DNA from: an uncultured Oscillospiraceae bacterium
Lineage (GTDB): Bacteria; Bacillota; Clostridia; Oscillospirales; Acutalibacteraceae
DNA: 59,949 nt
Assembly: GCA_900552115.1 (NCBI GenBank)
Contig: URYP01000001.1
Span: 1-59,949 of the forward strand
Direction of reading: 5' to 3'
The position numbers were made by a program, and so were the translations under genes. Shown here piece after piece: positions 32,669-41,001 of this stretch; the first letter of the stretch is position 1, and the number at the start of each line of letters is the position of its first letter. The notes below the pieces were generated by a model. That model saw only the letters and a list, made by a program, of their open reading frames with translations, ran no database searches and was not told where the DNA came from.

Positions 32669-34255
32669 TCAGGCCTCCGGCCCATCGCTCGCTACGGCCC
32701 CGGTTGGTTCCGTGGTGGTCGTGGTTTCCGGCGGTTTCTGCGTTGTCGTTGCCTTTTTTGTAGTCGTCGTTTTGGGCGGGGCCTTGGTCGTGGTGGGTTT
32801 GTTGGTGTAAGAGCCGACCGTAACCTTGCCTGTTGTGGTACGCCCATCGCCCGTCATAACCACTTCATGGGCTGTAGTGGTTGTGCTTTCCGGCGTATAA
32901 AAATCGTCTTTGGTATTGATGGTGGTGGTGCCGCCCGCCTCATCGTCCGCCGTGGTTGTGGTGGTGGCCGTAGGAATGACATACTGGCCGTCGTAATAGG
33001 GATGGACCGACATCCCCTGGCTTTTATACCAGGCATACGGCATGATGACGTTCGGATTGTCCGTAACCTGCGTGGTATCCACCGCGGGATTTTCCCCTAC
33101 CCGCACCTTGCGGGCAATGACCGCCAGCCGGCCGTCTTCAAAGCCCACGCCGCTCTTGGTGGTACAGGTGGACAGCACCAGCAGCTCGTCATCCGCTTCC
33201 ACGCTGACACTGTCATAATTATACAAGGAACGCGCCCGGTATTCGTTGACATAGTTGAGGAAATCCAAATCGTCATTAAAGCTGACCCGCAGATAATCAA
33301 ACACCGGTCCGTCGGATTCCTTGGTGTTGGTTACGACCACGGCAAATACCTTGTACTGATCGGAGCCGAACATGGTATCCATCCGGATCGTAGGCGCCGC
33401 CTTGGCCCGCGCCACATTTTCCAGAAACAGGTTCAGATGCGCGAACATCTGCCCGCTGTTCATATTGTGGCCGTAAACAATGGACACCTTGTTTTCCGCT
33501 GATGTCAGCGTGTAATTGTTGCGCCAGTCAAAAAACAGCGCCCCGTTCTTATTATAATTCTTATTAAAGTCATGCTCCAGATAGTAAGAGTTGTCGCCGC
33601 TGTACATCACAGGATAGTCAATCTGTAAAAAGTCGTCCTGTGTCGCCGCTTCATAGGTCAGCCAGGCGCGGAAATCGTTGTTTTTGGCATACATCTGCTG
33701 CATGAATTTCCGGCGGTCTTCCTCGCTGCCATCCCGGACTTTATTGAACTCATTCTGCAAATCCCCGTTGGCACTGGCGTTCTGGGCGGGAATCCAGATG
33801 GTATCATAAACGATATAGACCGCCGAACTGATCAGGGTTAGAAACGCCAGCATAAACAGGCATTTGCGCAGCATTTCCACCGCCCCGTCGCCCCGCTGGG
33901 GAATCAGCCCGTGGAACAGGCGGGTATGCCAGCGTTCCTTTTTCCGCTTCGGCACGGCCGGGGAGGCGACGGCGCCTCCCGCTGTCAGCCCCATCGCGTC
34001 TCCCGCCGCTTTGGCCTGCGCGGCGGGACGAGGCGTCTGCTTCGCGGCCGAAGACGCCGCCGGAGCAGAGGATGCCTGAGCAGGAGAAGAGGAACTGGCC
34101 GCCTGTTTCCCGGCCAGTGTTTCCTTCAGTACCTCGTCCACCGACATAGAGGAAGCCGGCCGGGACGTATCCGCCGCTTTGACCTGACGGATGATCCGCT
34201 CCACTTCCTTGTCGCCGTCCGGGTAAATATATTGTTTATCCTTCGGATTGCTCAT
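32669..34255 (-). CDS. Elongated class-B-sortase-like membrane protein (528 aa)
   Basis: Cytoplasmic Ala/Ser-rich N-tail and a TM helix at aa 131-150. Sortase-B-type motifs IDYPVM, SYYLEHDF, IVYGHNM (His263), LVLSTCT (Cys364), GRLAVIARK (Arg). ~130-aa C-terminal Thr-rich extension. Confidence 0.8.
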   Translation of the reverse strand: MSNPKDKQYIYPDGDKEVERIIRQVKAADTSRPASSMSVDEVLKETLAGKQAASSSSPAQASSAPAASSAAKQTPRPAAQAKAAGDAMGLTAGGAVASPAVPKRKKERWHTRLFHGLIPQRGDGAVEMLRKCLFMLAFLTLISSAVYIVYDTIWIPAQNASANGDLQNEFNKVRDGSEEDRRKFMQQMYAKNNDFRAWLTYEAATQDDFLQIDYPVMYSGDNSYYLEHDFNKNYNKNGALFFDWRNNYTLTSAENKVSIVYGHNMNSGQMFAHLNLFLENVARAKAAPTIRMDTMFGSDQYKVFAVVVTNTKESDGPVFDYLRVSFNDDLDFLNYVNEYRARSLYNYDSVSVEADDELLVLSTCTTKSGVGFEDGRLAVIARKVRVGENPAVDTTQVTDNPNVIMPYAWYKSQGMSVHPYYDGQYVIPTATTTTTADDEAGGTTTINTKDDFYTPESTTTTAHEVVMTGDGRTTTGKVTVGSYTNKPTTTKAPPKTTTTKKATTTQKPPETTTTTEPTGAVASDGPEA

Positions 34256-34268
34256 GACGTGCCTCCTT

Positions 34269-35396
34269 TTATTTGCGCACCAAAACGTCCGCTGCCTGTT
34301 TCAGTGCTCCAACAAAACCGTCAACGTCCTCCTCGGTATTCTCATAACTGAAACTGATCCGCAGCGCGGAGTCAATCTCCCGGTCCGGCAGGCCCATAGC
34401 CGTCAGCACCGGGCTCTTTTTGCCCTTGGAACAGGCGGACCCGGAAGAAACATAAATCTCTCGCTCCGCCAGGAAGTGCAGCATGGTTTCGCTGCGGATA
34501 CCCGGTACCGACATATTTATAAGATAGGGCACGCCCCCGTCGGGAAGATGGAACACCATGTCCGGCCTGTCGGACAGGCTCCGGAGCAGGCGGTCACGCA
34601 GCTTTTCATACAGCTTGTGCTGCTCCGCCGGCGGCGGCAACGCCGTCACCGCCGCACCCATGGCGGCGATGGCGGGTACCGCTTGGGTCCCGCAGCGGAG
34701 CCCCCCCTCCTGTCCGCCGCCGAACGAGCGGGGCAAAATGCGTACCCCTTTGCGGATATAGAGGGCCCCCACTCCTTTAGGGGCATGGATTTTATGTCCG
34801 CTGACTGTGGCCAAATCCACCCCCATGCGGGTCAGGTTTAAGGACAGCTTGCCCGCCGCCTGCACCGCATCGCAGTGGATCAGGGCCTGCGGGCTTACCC
34901 GCCGAATTCCCGGTATCATCCTGTCCACCGCAAACCGTGCCCCGGTTTCGTTGTTCACCAGCATCACGCTGACCAGCGCCGTGTCCTCCCGGCAGGCCTC
35001 CAGCACCTGCTGCGGCGTAATAACGCCGTCGCGTCCGGGACGGACGCGGGTCACCTCCCAGCCCTGCCGCTCCAGCTCGTCGCAGGAAGCGAGAATGGAG
35101 GAATGCTCCACCGCGGTGGTTACGATATGCTGTCCCGCACGCCGCCGGGCGGCCGCCCCGCCCAGCAGGGCCAGATTATTGGCCTCCGTGCCGCCCGCGG
35201 TAAAAACCAGCGAACCGGGAGGAACCCCCAGCCAAGCGGCCACGATCTGACGGGCGGCGGAAAGTTCCTGTTCCGCCCGGAAGCCCAGCGTATGCAGCGA
35301 CGACGGATTGCCAAAACAGGCGGTCATCAGGTAAACGGCCTTTTCCGCCGCCGCCCGGCATACCGCTGTCGTCGCGCTGTTATCCAGATAAATCAT
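34269..35396 (-). CDS. Cysteine desulfurase (class V aminotransferase, NifS/NifZ/IscS-like)
   Basis: MIYLDNSATT. PLP-lysine motif SGHKIHAPKGVGALY. Active-site loop SSGSACS. Confidence 0.92.
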   Translation of the reverse strand: MIYLDNSATTAVCRAAAEKAVYLMTACFGNPSSLHTLGFRAEQELSAARQIVAAWLGVPPGSLVFTAGGTEANNLALLGGAAARRRAGQHIVTTAVEHSSILASCDELERQGWEVTRVRPGRDGVITPQQVLEACREDTALVSVMLVNNETGARFAVDRMIPGIRRVSPQALIHCDAVQAAGKLSLNLTRMGVDLATVSGHKIHAPKGVGALYIRKGVRILPRSFGGGQEGGLRCGTQAVPAIAAMGAAVTALPPPAEQHKLYEKLRDRLLRSLSDRPDMVFHLPDGGVPYLINMSVPGIRSETMLHFLAEREIYVSSGSACSKGKKSPVLTAMGLPDREIDSALRISFSYENTEEDVDGFVGALKQAADVLVRK

Positions 35397-35430
35397 GTGC
35401 GGAGCCTCCCGGAGAAAGTTAGGTCATCTT

Positions 35431-35459
35431 ATTATACAATAGAATGCGCCGGGTGACAA
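35431..35459 (-). promoter_or_regulatory. SigmaA-type promoter of the desulfurase operon
   Basis: On the minus strand: TTGTCA, 17 nt, TATAAT, about 35 nt upstream of ATG 35396. Confidence 0.65.
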
Positions 35460-35628
35460 CCGCTTTTTAGGGACTGGAAAGAAGTTTACAACATTGTCAA
35501 AACCTTGGAAATTGTTTTCAATATTGTCACTTTTTCGACAGAAAAAACTATGGCTTTTTGTCGGGCGACGTCGTATAATGGTAATAGGAAGTGAAGCCGT
35601 GACCGAAAGAAGAAAGGATGTGTGTTCT

Positions 35629-35748
35629 GTGCATAAGTGGATGGTGATTGTCGCAGCTATAGCGACTCTGGCAGCGGCCGTGTGGCATCTTTGGAGGGGC
35701 GAGCGGGACCTGCGCCGTCCCTTTGTGGAGGACTTTGAAACCGAATAG
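35629..35748 (+). CDS. Possible small membrane protein (35-39 aa)
   Basis: GTG 35629 lies 10 nt after AGAAAGGA (ATG 35641 is an alternative). Has a hydrophobic helix MVIVAAIATLAAAVWHLW. Followed by the strong hairpin 35767-35810. Confidence 0.3.
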   Translation: MHKWMVIVAAIATLAAAVWHLWRGERDLRRPFVEDFETE

Positions 35749-35766
35749 CGTGCCGTATCGGGCCGC

Positions 35767-35810
35767 ATAACAAAAGGCGGGATGCTTAAAAGCATCCCGC
35801 CTTTTGTTAT
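35767..35810. terminator. Bidirectional terminator, 20-bp perfect stem
   Basis: ATAACAAAAGGCGGGATGCT, loop TAAA, AGCATCCCGCCTTTTGTTAT. Confidence 0.85.
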
Positions 35811-35823
35811 GGCTCGTTCCGTT

Positions 35824-36033
35824 TTACAGGTCGTCCGCGTCCTGTACCGGCCGGCCGCCGTCGATATCCATGCCGGTATAGCTGCCCTGCACATCAGAGA
35901 GGATCGCTCCAGTCCCTTCTTCCTGTAAGGTGCGGGCACAGCTCTGCGACACGTCCATGACCGGACTTTCATATACATCCGCCTGTTTTTTCTTCTTTTT
36001 GGGCATTTCCCGAGGGGCCCTTTCGGCACTCAT
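35824..36033 (-). CDS. Small hypothetical protein (69 aa) translationally coupled to rubrerythrin
   Basis: The ATG is 1 nt after the rubrerythrin stop, with GGAGGA (inside the rbr 3' end) 9 nt upstream. GC3-rich codons. Lys-rich then acidic sequence. Ends before the terminator 35767-35810. Confidence 0.5.
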   Translation of the reverse strand: MSAERAPREMPKKKKKQADVYESPVMDVSQSCARTLQEEGTGAILSDVQGSYTGMDIDGGRPVQDADDL

Positions 36034-36034
36034 A

Positions 36035-36574
36035 TCAGTAATCCTCCACTTTCAGCTGGAAATACGCCTGCGGTTTGCCGCACACGGGACATTTCTGCGG
36101 AGGCTGTTTGCCGCTATAGATATACCCGCAGTTCAGGCAGATCCACACGCTGTTTTCGGTGCCGCTGAACACCTTGCCCTGCTGAATGTTTTCCAGCAGC
36201 CGTACGAAACGGCGCTCGTGTTCGCTCTCGATACGGCCCACCATCTCAAATAAAGCGGCAATATCCTTAAAGCCTTCCTCTTTGGCCGTTTCGGCAAACT
36301 CCGCGTACATTTCCGTCCACTCATACCGCTCGCCCTCGGCGGCTTCCGCCAGGTTATCCGGCGTACCTTTCAGCGCCCCGCCCTGCAGTTTGGTGAACCA
36401 CAGCTCGGCATGCACCTTTTCGTTGTTGGCCGTTTCGGTAAAAATGTCGCCGATCTGCTCGTAACCATCCTGTTTTGCCTTTTCCGCAAAAAAGGTATAT
36501 TTATTGCGGGCCTGGCTTTCACCGGCAAAGGCAGCCATCAAATTGGCTTCGGTTTTGCTTCCCTTTAATTCCAT
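36035..36574 (-). CDS. rbr: Rubrerythrin
   Basis: Di-iron four-helix-bundle motifs (TEANLMAAFAGESQARNKY, EKVHAELW). C-terminal rubredoxin-like CLNCGY...CPVCG. Confidence 0.93.
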   Translation of the reverse strand: MELKGSKTEANLMAAFAGESQARNKYTFFAEKAKQDGYEQIGDIFTETANNEKVHAELWFTKLQGGALKGTPDNLAEAAEGERYEWTEMYAEFAETAKEEGFKDIAALFEMVGRIESEHERRFVRLLENIQQGKVFSGTENSVWICLNCGYIYSGKQPPQKCPVCGKPQAYFQLKVEDY

Positions 36575-36679
36575 AATTATCGCCTCCTGCTGTCAGTATG
36601 CGCGGCTGTCCGGGTCTTTATTCCTCAGCCGGGGCATTTTTCCAAACGGTCCGCGCTTAAAAATTTTACGCCGTTCCCC

Positions 36680-36707
36680 TTGACATTTTTTCATTCTCTG
36701 CTACAAT
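36680..36707 (+). promoter_or_regulatory. SigmaA-type promoter of the acpP/fab cluster
   Basis: TTGACA (36680-36685), 16 nt, TACAAT (36702-36707). Confidence 0.65.
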
Positions 36708-36715
36708 GTGCTTAA

Positions 36716-36749
36716 ATAATTTTAATTAAAATAATTTAATTAAAATTAT
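36716..36749. promoter_or_regulatory. 34-bp AT-only inverted repeat (candidate operator or 5'-UTR hairpin)
   Basis: ATAATTTTAATTAAA, spacer ATAA, TTTAATTAAAATTAT. Perfect 15-bp arms, starting 9 nt downstream of the -10 element. Confidence 0.6.
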
Positions 36750-36779
36750 AAAACCATTTGATATAAGGAGATGACGGAT

Positions 36780-37010
36780 ATGACGCTGGAAAAGGTACGG
36801 GACATTGTGGTGGATACCCTCAACTGCGATGCGGCGGATGTGACGGAACAGGCGCGTTTGGCCGAAGACCTGGGAGCCGATTCGCTGGACGCCGTGGAGC
36901 TCAATATGGCGCTGGAAGATGCGTTTGGCCAAGCGATTCCCGACGAGGAGCTGGCCGGCATGAAAACCGTAGGCGATATCGTGGCGTATCTGAGCAGCCA
37001 CGAAGCATAA
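36780..37010 (+). CDS. acpP: Acyl carrier protein
   Basis: LGADSLDAVEL phosphopantetheine-Ser motif. ATG 36780 lies 9 nt after AAGGAG. The track start 36771 abuts the SD. Confidence 0.93.
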   Translation: MTLEKVRDIVVDTLNCDAADVTEQARLAEDLGADSLDAVELNMALEDAFGQAIPDEELAGMKTVGDIVAYLSSHEA

Positions 37011-37124
37011 GCAGAGGCGGCCGCTCAAACACAAACACACGTAAAGGCTGAGGAAAAGCGCGGTTTAGCGTCGGCCGACGCGGATGGCGGATCATCGTTT
37101 ATGGCCCGCCGGCGGTTTTTCCGA

Positions 37125-37165
37125 GGGGATGCCGCAAAAGCAACTGCAGCGGCATCCCCTTTCCC
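37125..37165 (+). terminator. Hairpin/attenuator between acpP and accB
   Basis: GGGGATGCCGC, 13-nt loop, GCGGCATCCCC, followed by TTTCCC. The interrupted T-tract suggests partial termination. Confidence 0.5.
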
Positions 37166-37195
37166 TGTGTCAATTTTAAGTAATGAGGTGTCATT

Positions 37196-37621
37196 ATGAC
37201 CATTCAGGATATAACGGATTTGATGGGGCGGCTGGAACAATCCACGCTGACTTTGCTTGAGTGGGAGATCGGCGACGAACGTATCCGGCTGCAAAAAGAG
37301 CCTTCTCCGGCGGCCTGCCAACCGGCCGCGCCCGCGCCCGTGTCCCCTCCGGCAGCCGACGTTTCCGCCGCCCCGGTGGAGGGAACGATGGTCAAAGCGC
37401 CCCTGGTGGGGACATTTTACGCGGCGGCTTCGCCGGATGCCGCCCCTTATGTAAAGGTCGGCCAGTCCGTCCGTAAAGGGGACGTGTTATGCCTTATTGA
37501 AGCCATGAAAATGATGAATGAAATTCCCTCCCCCGCCGACGGCACGGTTGAGGCGGTGCTGGCTCAGAATGGGGACGTAATATCCTTTGACACGCCCCTG
37601 TTCCGGATAAAGGAGAACTAA
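37196..37621 (+). CDS. accB: Acetyl-CoA carboxylase biotin carboxyl carrier protein
   Basis: Pro/Ala linker and biotinyl-lysine motif EAMKMMNEI. Confidence 0.93.
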   Translation: MTIQDITDLMGRLEQSTLTLLEWEIGDERIRLQKEPSPAACQPAAPAPVSPPAADVSAAPVEGTMVKAPLVGTFYAAASPDAAPYVKVGQSVRKGDVLCLIEAMKMMNEIPSPADGTVEAVLAQNGDVISFDTPLFRIKEN

Positions 37622-37736
37622 GCGGCATCGCCTTTGCATTTCTCAAAACGGCGTACCGTACCGAAAGCGCCCTCTTATAAATAACGGGTTTATGTCCTAT
37701 CTGGTCATAAAACCCGGAAAGGACAGGATGCTTTTT

Positions 37737-39125
37737 ATGTTTAAACGCATTCTCATCGCCAACCGTGGGGAGATCGCGGTGCGGATCATCCGCTGCTGCC
37801 GGGAAATGGGCATTGAAACCGTGGCGGTCTATTCCACAGCCGACCAGACGGCCCTGCATGTTCAGCTGGCCACCCAGGCCGTCTGCATCGGCCCGCCCAA
37901 AGCGGCGGACAGCTATCTCGATAAAACCCGTATCCTCTCAGCGGCTCTCGCTACCCACTGCGACGCCGTTCATCCCGGGTTTGGATTTCTTTCCGAAAAC
38001 AGCGATTTTGCCCGCCTATGCGAAGATAATGGCGTAGTATTCATCGGCCCCTCGGGCGACGTGATGGATAAAATGGGCAACAAGGAGGCCGCCCGCCGCC
38101 TCATGCGGGAACATAATGTGCCGGTGGTTCCCGGCTCCGAAGGCCGGGTGGATTCGGCACAGGAGGCGGCCCGCATCGCGCAGGAAATCGGCTATCCGGT
38201 GCTGATCAAAGCGGCGGCGGGAGGCGGTGGACGCGGTATGCGCAAAGCGTTCGGACCGGACGATATCGCCCCGGCTTTCCAAACCGCACAGGCGGAGGCC
38301 GTCGCCTGTTTTGGCAACGGCGACATGTACTTGGAAAAGCTGATTTTAAATCCCCGCCATATCGAGTTCCAGATTCTCGGCGATACTCACGGACAAATTC
38401 TGCACCTGGGAGAGCGCGACTGCTCTCTCCAGCGCCGCAACCAAAAAATGCTGGAGGAGGCGCCTTCCCGCGCGCTGGACGACGAGCTGCGCGCCCGCAT
38501 GGGAGATACCGCCGTGGCGGCAGCCCGGGCAGCCGGCTACGTCAGCGCCGGCACCATCGAGTTTGTCCTAGACGCCGACGGCCATTACTACTTTATTGAG
38601 ATGAACACTCGTATCCAGGTGGAGCATCCGGTAACCGAGCTGGTCACCGGCGTGGATTTGATCCGTGAACAGATCCGCATCGCGGCTGGCCTGCCGTTGT
38701 CCCTGTCGCAGGATGACATTCGACTGTCCGGCCACGCCGTTGAATGCCGAATCAATGCGGAAAACCCTGCGCAGGATTTCCGTCCCTGTCCCGGTAAAGT
38801 GGACTTCCTTCATCTGCCGGGCGGAAACGGCGTGCGGGTGGATACCGCTCTGTACAGCGGCTACGAGGTGCCGCCTTTTTACGACTCGATGGTCGCCAAA
38901 GTTCTCGTCCACGCCCCCACCCGGCTGGAAGCCATTCGCCGCATGCGGCGGGCACTGGAGGAGCTGGTGATCGATGGGATGCAGACCAACGCGGACTTTG
39001 CCCACCTAATCCTTTATCATCCCGACTTTATAAAAGGTCGGTACGACACCGGCTTTCTGGAACGGAACATGGACGACCTGCTGTCCTGGGAGCAGACCTG
39101 TACGTCCCAAACGGCAAAGGCATGA
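37737..39125 (+). CDS. accC: Acetyl-CoA carboxylase biotin carboxylase
   Basis: MFKRILIANRGEIAVRIIRCCREMGI plus ATP-grasp motifs. The start is taken at ATG 37737 (37728 is possible). The track start 37692 is an upstream extension. Confidence 0.93.
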   Translation: MFKRILIANRGEIAVRIIRCCREMGIETVAVYSTADQTALHVQLATQAVCIGPPKAADSYLDKTRILSAALATHCDAVHPGFGFLSENSDFARLCEDNGVVFIGPSGDVMDKMGNKEAARRLMREHNVPVVPGSEGRVDSAQEAARIAQEIGYPVLIKAAAGGGGRGMRKAFGPDDIAPAFQTAQAEAVACFGNGDMYLEKLILNPRHIEFQILGDTHGQILHLGERDCSLQRRNQKMLEEAPSRALDDELRARMGDTAVAAARAAGYVSAGTIEFVLDADGHYYFIEMNTRIQVEHPVTELVTGVDLIREQIRIAAGLPLSLSQDDIRLSGHAVECRINAENPAQDFRPCPGKVDFLHLPGGNGVRVDTALYSGYEVPPFYDSMVAKVLVHAPTRLEAIRRMRRALEELVIDGMQTNADFAHLILYHPDFIKGRYDTGFLERNMDDLLSWEQTCTSQTAKA

Positions 39126-39169
39126 CCTAATCCCGAAAACGATACTTCCGGAAAGGAAGGGATTCCTCT

Positions 39170-40047
<878 letters not shown>

Positions 40048-40051
<4 letters not shown>

Positions 40052-41001
40052 TACGTGATACCGACGACGCCCTCGACCGGATGGAAGCCGAACTCAGCGC
40101 TATAAGCGGCACATCCCCCCGCGAAGAAGTCCGCCGCCGCCAGATTAAGCGGCAGATGCGGGAGCTGTGGGAAGGGGCCTTGCCCCTGTCCCCCGCCGAC
40201 CGGGTTTATCTGGCCCGGCATCCCCGCCGGCCCGGCGTCGCGGCCTATATTGCCGCGCTGTTCGATTCCTTTGTGGAGCTGAAAGGGGATCGGCTGGGAA
40301 AAGAAGACGCTAGCATCCTGGGCGGCATCGCTTTTTATAAGGAGCAGCCAGTCACAGTGATCGGTCACCGTAAGGGAAACGGCCTGGATGAGCATCTGCG
40401 CTGCAATTTCGGCATGCCCGGGCCGGAGGGATACCGCAAGGCTCTGCGGCTGATGCGGCAGGCGGAGAAATTCGGCCGTCCGATCATCACCTTTATTGAT
40501 ACGCCCGGCGCCTATCCGGGGCTGGAAGCGGAGGCCCATGGGCAAAGCGAAGCCATCGCCCGCAATCTGGCCGCCATGAGCGCGCTCACCGTCCCGGTTA
40601 TCGCCGTGGTCACCGGCGAGGGCAGCAGCGGCGGCGCGTTGGCCATCGGCGTGGCCAATACGGTTTTAATGCTGGAAAATGCCGTTTACTCCATCCTCTC
40701 TCCTGAAGGGTTTGCCTCTATTCTGTGGAAGGATTCCTCCCGCAGCGAAGAGGCTTGCGGCCTGATGAAGCTGACGGCGCAGGATCTCAGCCGGTTCGGA
40801 ATCATCGACAGCGTCGTCCCGGAACCTCCCGGCGGCGCGCACCGGAATCCACGCGCTGTTTTTGACGCGCTGGACAACGTGCTTGCCCGCGAACTGAAAA
40901 GCCTGCGCCGACAAAGCGGCACGGCGTTGGCGGCGGGCCGTTATAAGAAATTCAGACAAATGGGCGGAGCCTTTGAACAGGCCGCCGGGGAGGACGCATG
41001 A
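40048..41001 (+). CDS. accA: Acetyl-CoA carboxylase carboxyltransferase alpha subunit
   Basis: FIDTPGAYPGLEAEAHGQSEAIARN motif. ATGA overlap with accD. Confidence 0.93.

Noticed and set aside
35424-36029. 201-aa minus-strand ORF spanning the gap between the desulfurase operon and rubrerythrin
   Set aside because: It reads straight through a 20-bp perfect terminator hairpin and promoter-like AT-rich DNA. It is extremely basic and low-complexity, and it overlaps the better-supported coupled small ORF in another frame.
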